A DNA stretch of 45,321 nt from an uncultured Gammaproteobacteria bacterium (GCA_964512625.1 CAZEKG010000005.1:1-45321), one strand, 5' to 3'. Numbered from the stretch's first letter, positions 18,337 through 29,071 are shown. Notes: generated from the letters alone by a model not told the origin. A program made the numbers and translations.

Positions 18337-19383
18337 ATGTCTTTCTCTATCGGCATCGTCGGCCTGCCTAATGTCGGCAAATCAACGCTCTTCAAAGCCC
18401 TGACAAAAAAACAGGTTGATGCGGCTAATTATCCTTTTTGCACTATCGACCCGAATGTCGGCATTGTCGCCGTTCCTGATGAGCGCTTGGAAAAATTATC
18501 GCAGGTTTCTAATTCCGCCAAGATCGTCCCGACCGCGATCGAGTTCGTCGATATCGCCGGACTAGTTAAAGGAGCCCATAAAGGCGAAGGTCTTGGCAAT
18601 CAATTCCTCGCCAATATCCGAGAAGTCGATGCCATTGTCCAAGTTGTACGGGAATTTTCCGATGAAAATGTCATCCACGTCGAAGGCAAAATAAATCCCG
18701 AATCAGATAAGGAGACAATAAACTTGGAATTGATCTTCGCCGATATGCAAACTGTTGAAAAAAGAATCTCCGCCAATCAAAAAGAAGTCCGAGCGGGAAA
18801 AAAGGAAGCAAAGGAGCTGGAACCGGTTTTAGAAAAAATAAAAACCGCTTTGGAGAGCGGACAGCTGGCAAATACGGTCAACCTTAGCGAAGAAGAAAAA
18901 ATATTGATTAGGGACTTACATCTATTAACGATGAAACCGATGATTTATGTTCTTAATGTTGATGAAGATAAAATTTTCCAAGAATCAGACTTCTTAACTG
19001 TCTCCGCCAAGATCGAAGCGGAAATCTCCGAACTGCCAGCGGAAGACGCGAAGACCTATCTTGCGGAATTGAAACTGGAAAGCTCCGGACTGGACCGCTT
19101 AATCAAAAAATCATACGAAACTCTCGGACTAATAACTTACTTTACCTCGGGAGAAATGGAAACGAAAGCCTGGACTATAAAAAGAGAAACGAAAGCGCCT
19201 CAGGCGGCCGGCGTCATCCATACTGATTTTGAAAAAGGCTTTATTAGAGCGGAAATAATAAATTGGAAAGACTTGGTCGAATCCGGCGGCGAAGCTAAAG
19301 CCAAAGAGAAAGGCTTAATCAGGATCGAGGGCAAGGAATATGTATTCCAGGACGGCGATGTTGCCCACTTTAGATTCAACTAA
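18337..19383 (+). CDS. ychF: ribosome-binding ATPase YchF
   Basis: [15 protein letters not shown]-loop, DIAGLVKGA, and C-terminal TGS-like FRAEII..FRFN. ATG 18337 is preferred to TTG 18328. Confidence 0.88.
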   Translation: MSFSIGIVGLPNVGKSTLFKALTKKQVDAANYPFCTIDPNVGIVAVPDERLEKLSQVSNSAKIVPTAIEFVDIAGLVKGAHKGEGLGNQFLANIREVDAIVQVVREFSDENVIHVEGKINPESDKETINLELIFADMQTVEKRISANQKEVRAGKKEAKELEPVLEKIKTALESGQLANTVNLSEEEKILIRDLHLLTMKPMIYVLNVDEDKIFQESDFLTVSAKIEAEISELPAEDAKTYLAELKLESSGLDRLIKKSYETLGLITYFTSGEMETKAWTIKRETKAPQAAGVIHTDFEKGFIRAEIINWKDLVESGGEAKAKEKGLIRIEGKEYVFQDGDVAHFRFN

Positions 19384-19385
19384 CT

Positions 19386-19550
19386 ATGGAAGACGATACA
19401 AAGTTAAAAATAGTTTTCTTCGCCATAGTCGCCCTTTATACCGGGGTCGCTATCGGCGTTTGGGAAGTTATCATCAAGCCGCTTTTCTGGCTCCTATCGA
19501 CTTATGTCTGGCCAGTGCTTTTAGCTTTCTATCATTATCTCTTTGGCTAA
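19386..19550 (+). CDS. small membrane protein (54 aa), hypothetical
   Basis: ATG lies 2 nt after the ychF stop. MEDDTKLKIVFFAIVALYTGVAIGVWEVIIKPLFWLLSTYVWPVLLAFYHYLFG has two hydrophobic segments. Below the ORF-track length cut-off. Confidence 0.4.
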   Translation: MEDDTKLKIVFFAIVALYTGVAIGVWEVIIKPLFWLLSTYVWPVLLAFYHYLFG

Positions 19551-19559
19551 AACAAGAAA

Positions 19560-19583
19560 GGGATTATTTATTTGAATAATCCC
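19560..19583 (-). terminator. hairpin terminator downstream of the 1026-aa gene
   Basis: GGGATTATT-N6-AATAATCCC, followed on the minus strand by TTTCTTGTTTT. Confidence 0.55.
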
Positions 19584-19630
19584 ATTACAATCTCCATAAA
19601 AACAAGATTTCAGAATCATTGAAAACTTAG

Positions 19631-22600
19631 CTATTGAGCTTTGCCAGATACTTCAAAAACAGTTACCGAAAGCTTAGGTAAAGTATAGCGTATAACATTT
19701 CCTGAAATTGAAATATCCCGTTTATTTTCTACAATGTTATAAGGATTATTATTATTATCACTAGCTGGGCACCACCCCGTTAAACGGGTACCCTCATTAG
19801 TTACTTCATTATCAGAACAAATATTATCGCCACTGACTGAGAAAACCTTAACAGTAGGATTGGCCAAAAATCCATTGAATTTAACAGCGACACTGGTGGA
19901 AGTGGTTTGATTACGATTTATGAAAGTGATAAATATTTTATCACGGCTAGAATTTATAGATGACCATCCGCTAACATAAGGAATATCAAAACCGGAAGCA
20001 CTCGAGTCTACTGCTCCAAAACGATAAGGAGAAAAGGTATTGATCGTATCAGTTTTCAATAGCTTACTCCCTAGGTGATCAGCTATTATCTTATACACAT
20101 AATAAGAAGGTGTTTTTTCAATACTTGAATTATTTGCAAAATAAGGAGAATGAAAAACTAAAAAGCTATTACCAAAACGCTCACTAGTCATTAGCCAAGA
20201 ACCAGCAAATCTAACCCCTCCCTTTATTAGCGCTTCAAGCCAGCTAGCTCTATTAATAGCACTTCCAAGCCAATTATCTTCGCCATACCCCGGCTGAACA
20301 AAATACCCATATTCTGTCATTGAAAGATCAATATTTCTACCAAAAAGAAATTGATTTATTTTATAACGAGCATAATAAGGAGAATAAAAGAACTTATCAG
20401 CTCCTATTGTAGGATTACTAGAGCCATACGGAGGATTAACCCAATCTTTTTTATTAGCTGCTCCATAAATATATTTATTATTATCCGCTATCGGAATTCC
20501 TAACCAATGCTCTCGAGGAGTACTAACAGAATTAGGATAAGGATAATCGTGATATAAGCTAACAAAATTAATATAATTACCAGCTACCGGTAAAATTCTA
20601 TCATACCAGTCATTACTGCCGCCATTCTTAAAGGAAATAATTCCTATTTTAATATTACCATTAACCTCCTTAAACTTTTGACTATACTTTATGACTTCTT
20701 TAGCATAACCATCTATATTTTCAACTACTTTTTTAGTGATTGGATCGGTATAGCGCCAGCCACCCCCATAATAAGGTTCTACACCTATTTCAAAATAAAG
20801 TTGATTATAGGGCTGAACTCTTCCGCGAGCAGCTCTTAGATTAGCCCAATTATCAGAAGGCGTTTGGTGGTTCCAATCAAGGTTATTAGCTTTAACCAAA
20901 TAATCACTATCAGCCACACCATTCAAATACTCGACCATATCAGTATAATATTGTAAAGTTTGCCAATCCCAACCGTTACCATCAGAATTTTCTATATATC
21001 CTGGGCGAGTTTTATTTGGCAAAGGAATTCCCCAAACAATTGTAGTGCCTAACTTTTCAGCTATACCAGCTATATCATCTATAGTTCTCAAATTATTATC
21101 AAAAGTAAAGGAAGTGCTATAATCATGCTCCCAAGGCAAAAGAACATTATTACCAATATATTGAGAATCGACTCTTAAAGCATCTACATGAATTTTCCCC
21201 TGAACTCCTTCTATAGCTGAACCAACGGAACCAAAGTTGAGCCAGCCAAGATTAGTTCGAGTCGTTAATTTCTGTCGATCAATTTGATTACCATTTACCC
21301 AATAAGCACATTCGCCACTACCATAATAAACCTCCAGCGAGTAGTATTTATCTAATTCCATAGCGGATGAAAGAGCTAATTTAGTTTCTTTACCACTAGA
21401 ATTAATCGCTCTAACATCAAAGCGACGATCATTAGTTAGGCGAACTACAAAATCCGTACCACCACCCGCCTGACCAGCCGTCATTAATATCCAACCAGAA
21501 CTTGTAGCTTGAAAAGGTTGGGAACTATCTATCTTAACATCCAATCGGGCATAAGCAGGATTAGTTGCCTTAACGATATTAGTAGCAAGTCTTACATAAG
21601 CATTGGCTGCCTTATTAGTCTTAACAACCACTCCAGAATGACTCATATCAGTACCGTTCCAATAATCAACAGTAACTTTATTTCCTTTATCATAATCGAC
21701 TACTTCCTTACCTATGGCCCCACTCGCTTGATTATAAAATCCATCAGGTGTCACAAAATACTTAGTTTGTGAACAACCATCTAATCCATTTCTGCAATAC
21801 CCGGCATTAACAGAACGAGATTCAATTAAATTACTATCCCAGCGCTGGCCAGTGGAATCGTCTCCGGGATGCACCGTCCAACTACCTTTAGCCAAGCCAG
21901 AATCTTTAAAGTTATAATACAAAGACCAAAGCGCGCTACTATAAGAATTCCACTCTTCTCCGCCTATTACTGTAGGCCAAATATCGCCTATAACCTGATT
22001 AGCGTTAACTGTCATAATCGTATCAGCCGGACTTAAATCAATGATTTCTGAAAAACTAGTATTTGCTCGTCGAATAACTACACTATCTACATAAAAAGAA
22101 GCCCCTTTAGAAAGTAGGGTACTAGAAGCTACTAAATAAATTTTATGGAATTTTCCAATAAACTTTCCTCCAATTAACTCTCTGGGTATGGTTATTTTTT
22201 GATATTGTTCGGTTACAATTCCTCCAGCGAACTGAGAAGTAATGTCAATATAATCGGACTCATCATTAGGACCAGTATAATTCAAAATCACTCCCAAAGC
22301 TTTAGGAGTACCAGAAGTATTAAAATAACCATTACTTGAACGGATATAAAACTCTAAAGAATCTCCCGAATTCATATTGACTGTGTTCTGGTTATAATAG
22401 GTAGCCTTAAAATGCCATTTATCAGGAAAAGAAAATAATAAAGACTGTTGACCGCTATAAGCATATTGCTGGTCATTAACTAATATCGCTGTAGAATTAA
22501 ATAGAGTCGTACTAGAATTAGAGCTTAATTCATCAAAAAGCACTGTTGTGGAACTCGAAATATCAACGCCAGCCAATACGGCCGGCTTAATATTGTCAAC

Positions 22601-22711
22601 GATCATCCAGCCATAAGAAACTACAAATACCATAGGAATAGTTGCAAATAGGAGCAAGCCTATTTTTTGCCAAGTTTTTAACTCGACAAAACTAATTTGT
22701 TTGGTGAGCAT
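19631..22711 (-). CDS. large membrane-anchored extracellular protein with a probable clan GH-A-like glycoside hydrolase domain
   Basis: 1026 aa with an N-terminal TM anchor. Candidate acid/base motif EIGVEPY (NEP-like) and nucleophile motif MTEYGYF (TExG) ~150 aa apart, as in (beta/alpha)8 GH-A enzymes. N-terminal beta-rich regions. Confidence 0.45.
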   Translation of the reverse strand: MLTKQISFVELKTWQKIGLLLFATIPMVFVVSYGWMIVDNIKPAVLAGVDISSSTTVLFDELSSNSSTTLFNSTAILVNDQQYAYSGQQSLLFSFPDKWHFKATYYNQNTVNMNSGDSLEFYIRSSNGYFNTSGTPKALGVILNYTGPNDESDYIDITSQFAGGIVTEQYQKITIPRELIGGKFIGKFHKIYLVASSTLLSKGASFYVDSVVIRRANTSFSEIIDLSPADTIMTVNANQVIGDIWPTVIGGEEWNSYSSALWSLYYNFKDSGLAKGSWTVHPGDDSTGQRWDSNLIESRSVNAGYCRNGLDGCSQTKYFVTPDGFYNQASGAIGKEVVDYDKGNKVTVDYWNGTDMSHSGVVVKTNKAANAYVRLATNIVKATNPAYARLDVKIDSSQPFQATSSGWILMTAGQAGGGTDFVVRLTNDRRFDVRAINSSGKETKLALSSAMELDKYYSLEVYYGSGECAYWVNGNQIDRQKLTTRTNLGWLNFGSVGSAIEGVQGKIHVDALRVDSQYIGNNVLLPWEHDYSTSFTFDNNLRTIDDIAGIAEKLGTTIVWGIPLPNKTRPGYIENSDGNGWDWQTLQYYTDMVEYLNGVADSDYLVKANNLDWNHQTPSDNWANLRAARGRVQPYNQLYFEIGVEPYYGGGWRYTDPITKKVVENIDGYAKEVIKYSQKFKEVNGNIKIGIISFKNGGSNDWYDRILPVAGNYINFVSLYHDYPYPNSVSTPREHWLGIPIADNNKYIYGAANKKDWVNPPYGSSNPTIGADKFFYSPYYARYKINQFLFGRNIDLSMTEYGYFVQPGYGEDNWLGSAINRASWLEALIKGGVRFAGSWLMTSERFGNSFLVFHSPYFANNSSIEKTPSYYVYKIIADHLGSKLLKTDTINTFSPYRFGAVDSSASGFDIPYVSGWSSINSSRDKIFITFINRNQTTSTSVAVKFNGFLANPTVKVFSVSGDNICSDNEVTNEGTRLTGWCPASDNNNNPYNIVENKRDISISGNVIRYTLPKLSVTVFEVSGKAQ

Positions 22712-22820
22712 ATTGGAATAGGTTAACTAGGACCGATAAGTTTCGCTCCTATGGATATATTATATCACTCGGAAATAAAAAAAACAGCCTGTTAAGAACT
22801 GCTTTCAGAAACTGGCAAGA

Positions 22821-23960
22821 TTAAAACTCTATCAACTCCTTATTTAATCCCATTCTTTTTAGGATCTCTTGTTTTTCCGAGGTGCTAGTCGCTAAGGCGG
22901 CTTGGCCGAAATCAGAGATCTTAATCGGGATTATTTTTATTTCCTTAACTTTTAAATTTTCATTTAACGGCTCTAACTTGACGTCCGCTAAAGCGCCTTG
23001 AGCCGTTTCTCTTGACCACATTTGATCAAAAACTAAATTACCGAGAGAATAAATGATCGGTTTGGCTTTATAAATCTCAGTCGTTTGGACCCAATGAGGA
23101 TGATGGCCGATAACAAGATCAGCGCCGGAATCGATAGACATCCTGGCGAACTGCTTTTGTTGCTCATTAGGCTTATTAACATACTCGATTCCAGCATGCA
23201 TCATAACGACAACGAAGTCAGCCTCATTTTTCATCACCTCAATCGCCTTTTTAGCCTTAACTAGATCCATATTCACCATACCCGGAGATTTATCTCCGGC
23301 AATGCTTGAGTCGTTAGGATAAGCGAAAGCGAGAAAGCCGATTTTTTTATTTCTAACCTCTATAACTTCTCCGCGATAAGCCTCTTGGGAATTATTGCCG
23401 GCGCCGGCATATTTGATACCATTATTTTTCAAAACGGAAAAAGTATCCCGCATGCCTTTTTCTCCTTGATTGGCAAAATGATTATTAGCCAAACTAACTA
23501 AATCGACTCCGGCTGATTTAAGAGTGGAAACACTTTTAGGATCGGCATTAAAACTGAATGATCCTGTCAGAACGAGATGATTCTTGCCGTAAGTGAAAGG
23601 CGATTCAAGATTGACGGCCGTCAAATCGGCGCCGGACATTAGTCCTGATAATTTCTTAAGAGGCCAATCATAATCCTGATACTTAGCCATCTTTTGATCG
23701 ACGACTCTTGAGAGCATGATATCGCCGCCGAAAAGAAGCTCGATGCTTTCCTTATTGTCAGTTAAAATATTTCCATTCTCGCTTGCGTTAAGGCTTGATG
23801 GAGAAGAGCTTGTCGGACTAACCGGTTCTAAGGCGCCTAGGACCTTTTTAATCGGCGCTTTCGCCTCCTGAGATAGAAAAATAAAAAAAAGAAATAATAG
23901 CAAGATAACTAAAAAGAAAATTGGGATTATTTTCCATTTTTTATGGGAGATGATCGGCAT
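22821..23960 (-). CDS. CapA-family (poly-gamma-glutamate synthesis / metallophosphatase-like) protein
   Basis: N-terminal TM segment. GGDIMLSR, ANNH, MHAGIEY and GHHPHW motifs typical of PGA_cap/CapA. Confidence 0.75.
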   Translation of the reverse strand: MPIISHKKWKIIPIFFLVILLLFLFFIFLSQEAKAPIKKVLGALEPVSPTSSSPSSLNASENGNILTDNKESIELLFGGDIMLSRVVDQKMAKYQDYDWPLKKLSGLMSGADLTAVNLESPFTYGKNHLVLTGSFSFNADPKSVSTLKSAGVDLVSLANNHFANQGEKGMRDTFSVLKNNGIKYAGAGNNSQEAYRGEVIEVRNKKIGFLAFAYPNDSSIAGDKSPGMVNMDLVKAKKAIEVMKNEADFVVVMMHAGIEYVNKPNEQQKQFARMSIDSGADLVIGHHPHWVQTTEIYKAKPIIYSLGNLVFDQMWSRETAQGALADVKLEPLNENLKVKEIKIIPIKISDFGQAALATSTSEKQEILKRMGLNKELIEF

Positions 23961-24021
23961 ATTTTTTTTAACACTTGTAAATACAAATTACCAATTGCTT
24001 ACTACTTGTCACTTTCTTCCC

Positions 24022-25152
24022 CTACTCCTTTTCTAAAACTAAAATATTGCGCCAAACAGATTGGCCTTCTCGGCGATAATAGAGCTTACCATCGCTTAAA
24101 TCATTAAAACCGATATTCTTAATTTCCTTATTTAAATAAAGCTGAAAAAATTCCTGACCAAGATGCCATTCAGGAATAACTATAACCGCTCGTCCGCCCT
24201 TCTTTAAAATGGCATAAAATTGCTTTAAAGCATCAATGTAAAGAGGCTTAATCTCGCCCATGATTCTTTTAACTTCGAATTCCTTTTCCGTTCCTCTCAT
24301 TGGCGGACCAAGATAAGGTTCGGTGACGATCGCATCCACGCTTGCCGCTTTAAGGGAATTAGATATTTTTCTGACATCACAATTAAAAATATTTACGGAC
24401 TTCGGTATTTCAGTTAAGCCGTCTACTTCTCCGACGATCCAAATTAAATTTTCTTTCGTATCTTCGATCGCTCGGCTTGAAATATCAGAACCGATAAGAT
24501 GCTTAAAGCCAAGATTGTAAGCTTCCATCAAAACCGTCCCAGAACCGCAAAAAGGATCAAGGATAACTGCGTCCTCATCTTTTTCCGGTGATAAACCGCC
24601 CAGGTTAAGCATCATCTTCGCCGTCTTCGGCGGGAGCATGCCGGAATAGACATCGCTTCTTGGCCGGCCGTAATCGCGAGTCGAATAATCCTTAAAATCT
24701 TGAACCGCGAGAGTGACTCCGAAATAACCGGGCAAGACTAAGAAATCAAGGCATTTTTCTTTACTGACAATAACTGAAGAAAGCGCTTTATCTCGGCTAA
24801 CGACTAAGCGGGAAGATATACCCTCCGCCTTCAACTCTTTTTTCAAGCTTAATCCGAATCCTTTATCCGGCTTAGTACCGTAATAACTGAAGCCGAAGTT
24901 GGCCTTGGAAGGGCCTCTTGAGGCTAAAATTCGGCTTTTAGCCAATTCTTGATCAGGATTAGTACCAATGACCTCCCCTATTTTAATCGTGCCCCCAAGA
25001 CGATTTAGAGCCTCCTGAGCCCCTCCTATGGAGCCTTCAAGGACTAAGTATTCCCGATTTTTTTCTCTAATTTTACAAGAATTAAAAACTGACTCAATTT
25101 CTGCGATTGAGAGCTCCGGGTTATTGCCGAGGATGAAAATATATTGAGACAT
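24022..25152 (-). CDS. putative RNA (guanine-N2) methyltransferase, UPF0020/Trm11/RlmL-like
   Basis: SAM motif ILDPFCGSGTVLMEA and catalytic TEPYLGPP (a DPPY-type variant). N-terminal THUMP-like region. Confidence 0.65.
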   Translation of the reverse strand: MSQYIFILGNNPELSIAEIESVFNSCKIREKNREYLVLEGSIGGAQEALNRLGGTIKIGEVIGTNPDQELAKSRILASRGPSKANFGFSYYGTKPDKGFGLSLKKELKAEGISSRLVVSRDKALSSVIVSKEKCLDFLVLPGYFGVTLAVQDFKDYSTRDYGRPRSDVYSGMLPPKTAKMMLNLGGLSPEKDEDAVILDPFCGSGTVLMEAYNLGFKHLIGSDISSRAIEDTKENLIWIVGEVDGLTEIPKSVNIFNCDVRKISNSLKAASVDAIVTEPYLGPPMRGTEKEFEVKRIMGEIKPLYIDALKQFYAILKKGGRAVIVIPEWHLGQEFFQLYLNKEIKNIGFNDLSDGKLYYRREGQSVWRNILVLEKE

Positions 25153-25213
25153 GAGAATTGATTAAGTTATAAATTGATAGTTATGACCTCTAACTGTCAA
25201 ATACTACCATATA

Positions 25214-25242
25214 TTGACAATATTTACAATAAATGATAATAT
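25214..25242 (+). promoter_or_regulatory. sigma70-type promoter with extended -10 for the rpsF-ssb-rpsR operon
   Basis: TTGACA (25214-25219), 17-nt spacer ending TGA, then TAATAT (25237-25242). Confidence 0.6.
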
Positions 25243-25321
25243 TGAAGCAAATCAAACCTTTCCCCATTTGCCGCTCCGGCAAAGATCCTGCTCTTGAAGC
25301 AGGAAAAGGCCTTCTCCTATT

Positions 25322-25351
25322 AAATCCCGAGATGCGTCTTGGGATTTTTTT
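25322..25351 (+). promoter_or_regulatory. terminator-like hairpin in the rpsF leader (possible S6:S18 autoregulatory or attenuator element)
   Basis: AAATCCCGAG-ATGCGT-CTTGGGATTT followed by TTTT, 36 nt upstream of the rpsF ATG. Preceded by two smaller hairpins (25268-25284, 25288-25304). Confidence 0.4.
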
Positions 25352-25386
25352 GATGAAAAGAGATATAATTAATTTAAGAAGAAACT

Positions 25387-25863
25387 ATGAGAAATTACGA
25401 GTTGCTTTACATCGTCTCCAACCAATACACGGAAGACGAGCTCGGAAAAATCAAGCTTAAGATTGACGAGCAGCTTAAGAAGAATGGCGGCGTTCTCGGC
25501 TACCACGAAATGTTAGGTAAAAGAAAATTAGCCTACCCGATCAATAAATTCAATCACGGCTACTACGTCGTCAGCGAATTCGAATTAGAAGACGGTTCGA
25601 AACTTAAAGCGATCAACGAAAACTTAAGACTGGATAAGGAAATCTTAAGAGCTCAAATCGTAACTAAGGAAAAAATTACTCCGGAAGAGATCGTTAAACT
25701 TAAAGCCCAAAGAGAAGCCAACCCAGAAAACGAAACTGCTTCAGGAGAGACCGAAGAAAGGCCAGCTCCTAAAACTGTTAAGCCGGTCAAAGCAGAAAAG
25801 AAAGCCGATATTAAAAACTTGGACGAAAAACTAGACGAGATCCTCCAAGAAGAAGTCATCTAA
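25387..25863 (+). CDS. rpsF: 30S ribosomal protein S6 with K/E-rich C-terminal extension
   Basis: MRNYELLYIV... is the typical S6 N-terminus. Followed by ssb and rpsR. Confidence 0.9.
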   Translation: MRNYELLYIVSNQYTEDELGKIKLKIDEQLKKNGGVLGYHEMLGKRKLAYPINKFNHGYYVVSEFELEDGSKLKAINENLRLDKEILRAQIVTKEKITPEEIVKLKAQREANPENETASGETEERPAPKTVKPVKAEKKADIKNLDEKLDEILQEEVI

Positions 25864-25893
25864 ATTTAAAACACTATTCATAAAGTCACAATT

Positions 25894-26352
25894 ATGAACC
25901 TCAACAAAGCAATCATCATCGGCAACCTGACTCAGAATCCTGAAATCAGAAAAACGCCCAACGGGCAATCAGTCGCTTCTTTCTCCATCGCCACTAACCG
26001 CGTTTGGAATGATCAACAAGGACAAAAACAACAGCAAGCGGAATTCCATAACATCGTCGCTTGGGGCAAGTTAGCCGATATCGTCGGACAATACTTAGCT
26101 AAAGGCAGGCTTTGCATGGTTGAAGGCCGAATCCAAACCAGAAGCTGGGACGATCAAACCGGCAATAAGAAATATAAGACTGAGATCATTGCGGAAAACA
26201 TCCAACTCGGACCTCGCGGCGCTCAAGGCGGTTCCGAAGGCCAAGGCAATAACAGCGATCGAGGAGAATTTTATGAATCCCCGGCCGCCGCTCCAGCTCC
26301 TAAAGCCCAGGATGACGAAGAAGAAATAAAAATCGAAGACATACCATTTTAA
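25894..26352 (+). CDS. ssb: single-stranded DNA-binding protein
   Basis: OB-fold N-terminus MNLNKAIIIGNLTQNPE and an acidic tail ending EDIPF. Confidence 0.9.
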   Translation: MNLNKAIIIGNLTQNPEIRKTPNGQSVASFSIATNRVWNDQQGQKQQQAEFHNIVAWGKLADIVGQYLAKGRLCMVEGRIQTRSWDDQTGNKKYKTEIIAENIQLGPRGAQGGSEGQGNNSDRGEFYESPAAAPAPKAQDDEEEIKIEDIPF

Positions 26353-26357
26353 AAACT

Positions 26358-26606
26358 ATGACCAACACTAAAAATTCCAAGCAAAAGAACAATCCTTTGA
26401 ATAATGAAAGATATTGCTATTTTTGCGTCAACAATGTTTCCCATATCGATTACAAGAATCACAATCTTTTGAAAAGATTCATCTCCTCTTATTCTAAGAT
26501 CGTTCCTCGCAAGAGAAGCGGCGTTTGCGCCAAGCATCAAAGAATGCTTTCCCAAGCCATCAAGAGAGCGAGAATCATGGCTATCTTGCCATTCGTAACT
26601 AAGTAA
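26358..26606 (+). CDS. rpsR: 30S ribosomal protein S18
   Basis: CYFC...IDYKN..LLKRFIS...KI.PRKRSG.CAKHQR pattern. Confidence 0.9.
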   Translation: MTNTKNSKQKNNPLNNERYCYFCVNNVSHIDYKNHNLLKRFISSYSKIVPRKRSGVCAKHQRMLSQAIKRARIMAILPFVTK

Positions 26607-26618
26607 AATCAATCGTTC

Positions 26619-27191
26619 ATGTCCATTTCCACTTTAAATGATATCAAAAAAGGCATCAATATCCTTCAAGACGGCGATCCGTATGTTGTTATGGAAGCCA
26701 ACTTCGTTAAGATGCAGATGCGCAAACCGGTAATGCAAACGAAGCTGAAAAATTTAATTACCGGGAAAACCATGGAAGTAAACTTCCATCAAGGCGAAAA
26801 GATCGAAGAAGCCAACATGCAAAGAAAGAAAGTCGATTACCTTTATAAAGAAGGCGATAAATTCTATTTCATGTCTCAGGACGACTTCGAACAATTCGAA
26901 ATCGAAAAATCAACTATCGGCGATTTGGAAGGCTTTATGAAAGACGGCGATAAGGTTGACGCTCTCTACTTTAACGGCCTGCCGGTTTCCGTTTCCTTAC
27001 CGCCTAAAGTCGAATTGAAAGTAGTTTCCGCTCCGGAGGGAGTCAAGGGTAATTCCGCTCAAGGGAGAGTTACTAAGACCGCCGAACTAGAAAGCGGCGC
27101 CTCTATCCAAGTTCCTCTTTTCATTAAGGAAGGCGATGTCATCAGGATTAATACGGAAACAAGAGAGTATGTTGAAAGAGTAAATAATTAG
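26619..27191 (+). CDS. efp: elongation factor P
   Basis: 190 aa with a KPGKG-region analogue and typical EF-P three-domain length. Motifs VPLFI.EGD.I.I.T....Y..R. Confidence 0.88.
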   Translation: MSISTLNDIKKGINILQDGDPYVVMEANFVKMQMRKPVMQTKLKNLITGKTMEVNFHQGEKIEEANMQRKKVDYLYKEGDKFYFMSQDDFEQFEIEKSTIGDLEGFMKDGDKVDALYFNGLPVSVSLPPKVELKVVSAPEGVKGNSAQGRVTKTAELESGASIQVPLFIKEGDVIRINTETREYVERVNN

Positions 27192-27233
27192 AGTAACTAG
27201 TAATTACAGAACTGATTTAATGGTATTTATAAA

Positions 27234-27266
27234 AAGAAACTCCCGGGGTGGGAGTTTCTTTTGTAT
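27234..27266. terminator. bidirectional intrinsic terminator between convergent efp and recA
   Basis: AAGAAACTCCC-GGGGT-GGGAGTTTCTT followed by TTGT. An A-run on the other side. Confidence 0.75.
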
Positions 27267-27308
27267 TTGTTTTATTTAGTTGCAAGTCACTAGTTACTAG
27301 CTCCAAAT

Positions 27309-28391
27309 CTATTCCTCTAAAGCAAAGTCCATACCGGCCTCAACTCCAGCAGCACCGGAAAACTCGGCCGCGGCCAATTCTTTTTGTTTCTTTACTTCAT
27401 CCCAAATATTTTTCCTAATGACTGTCATTAGCTTCGGATTCTCCCTTAAGAATTTCTTAGCATTTTCCCGGCCGACGCCTAATTTTTCTTCGCCGTAAGA
27501 ATAGGAATTGCCTGATTTCTTAATAACGCTGCGTTCAACTCCAAGGTCGAGTAAGTCGCCGGAAATGGAAATACCCTCGTTATACATGATATCGAATTCA
27601 CAAGTTTGGAAAGGTGGCGCCACTTTATTCTTAACGATTTTAACCTTAACGCGATTGCCGATATTCTTATCGCCTTGTTTTATTTGGGCACTCCTTCTAA
27701 CTTCGACTCTAACCGACGAATAAAACTTCAAGGCGTTGCCACCCGTCGTCGTTTCCGGATTGCCAAAAAAGACACCAATCTTTTGCCTAATCTGATTGAT
27801 AAAAATTAAAACTGTTTTACTCTTACTAATACTGCCGGTCAACTTCCTTAAAGCTTGGCTCATCAGTCTGGCTTGAAGCCCCATATGGGAATCGCCCATA
27901 TCGCCTTCGATTTCTGCTTTTGGAACAAGGGCTGCAACAGAATCGACAACAATAACATCAACCGCATTAGAGCGCACTAAAGTTTCTACAATTTCTAAAG
28001 CTTGTTCACCGGTATCGGGCTGAGAGATTAAAAGATCATTAATCTTAACGCCTATTTTTAAAGCATAATCCGGATCAAGAGCATGCTCGGCATCAACGAA
28101 AGCGGCGACACCTCCAAGTTTTTGGACTTCAGCTACGATATGCTGAGCTAAAGTCGTTTTACCGGAAGCTTCCGGCCCAAAAATCTCGATAATCCTACCT
28201 CGTGGCACACCACCGACTCCAAGGGCTACATCAAGAGAAAGACAACCAGTCGGAACTGCGTCAATTTGCATAGTCCTTGCCTCGCCGAACTTCATGATAG
28301 CGCCTTCGCCAAACCTCTCCTTGATCTGACTGATAGCTGATTGTACTGCTTCGGACTTTTCGTCCATTGCGTCCTTATTTGCTTTTGCCAT
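27309..28391 (-). CDS. recA: recombinase RecA
   Basis: [10 protein letters not shown] Walker A, plus L1/L2 regions. Start set at ATG 28391 (MAKANKD...). Confidence 0.92.
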   Translation of the reverse strand: MAKANKDAMDEKSEAVQSAISQIKERFGEGAIMKFGEARTMQIDAVPTGCLSLDVALGVGGVPRGRIIEIFGPEASGKTTLAQHIVAEVQKLGGVAAFVDAEHALDPDYALKIGVKINDLLISQPDTGEQALEIVETLVRSNAVDVIVVDSVAALVPKAEIEGDMGDSHMGLQARLMSQALRKLTGSISKSKTVLIFINQIRQKIGVFFGNPETTTGGNALKFYSSVRVEVRRSAQIKQGDKNIGNRVKVKIVKNKVAPPFQTCEFDIMYNEGISISGDLLDLGVERSVIKKSGNSYSYGEEKLGVGRENAKKFLRENPKLMTVIRKNIWDEVKKQKELAAAEFSGAAGVEAGMDFALEE

Positions 28392-28420
28392 AATATCTAA
28401 GTAATTATTAATCAAAATCG

Positions 28421-29068
28421 CTACTCTTTAAGTAAAACCCTCAATTCCACCTCCTTGGTTTGGCCGTACCTTTTCTTCCCTGTTATCTTAATCAAATTAA
28501 GTCCCTTTTGCAAGTCAATTTCCGTTCTGAATTCGCCATTATTATCGACAAAAACTAAACGGTTGTTTATAGTTATTTCCGACTCTTTTTCCGATCGTCC
28601 CGAAACCTCGATTTGTTTCATTTGAGTAATGGTTTCATCCTGAGGCGCATAAATAATAATCGGCGGAGCAGCGAAGATATGATTAACTCTTAAACCTAAA
28701 AAAAATAGGACTGCCAAAGCCGCTAAGACGATTCCCAATCGCCTAATAACTTTAGGCCAGGATTGGAAATGCTTATGATTAAGGCTGTCGTGTTTTTTTG
28801 AAAAATCACACTGAGAAAGCTGATCCCAGCATTTTCTAAAATCATAATTCAAATAAGCGCAGTAAGCTCGGAGTAAATCCCGCGCATAAGCTATCGAAGG
28901 TAAAAGCTCCGGCCTATTTTTTTCTAAGTCTTGGAGTTGTTTATAGGGAACGCTGAGATCGCGAGCCGCCTTACGAATAGAAACTCCTTTTTCCAAGCGC
29001 GCTTCCGCTAAGCACTCCCCCAAACAGAAACCGGAAACAGTCAGTTCTTTTTTATTTTTTTTAATCAT
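28421..29068 (-). CDS. helix-turn-helix (RodZ-like) membrane protein
   Basis: N-terminal HTH ([30 protein letters not shown]), a central TM segment, and a C-terminal beta-rich domain. Confidence 0.6.
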   Translation of the reverse strand: MIKKNKKELTVSGFCLGECLAEARLEKGVSIRKAARDLSVPYKQLQDLEKNRPELLPSIAYARDLLRAYCAYLNYDFRKCWDQLSQCDFSKKHDSLNHKHFQSWPKVIRRLGIVLAALAVLFFLGLRVNHIFAAPPIIIYAPQDETITQMKQIEVSGRSEKESEITINNRLVFVDNNGEFRTEIDLQKGLNLIKITGKKRYGQTKEVELRVLLKE

Positions 29069-29071
29069 AAA

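Noticed and set aside
25233-25460. 75-aa ORF overlapping the rpsF leader and start, and the 87-aa ORF (26349-26612, minus) antisense to rpsR
   Set aside because: Both overlap highly conserved ribosomal-protein genes or their structured leader, and neither has supporting motifs or translation signals.
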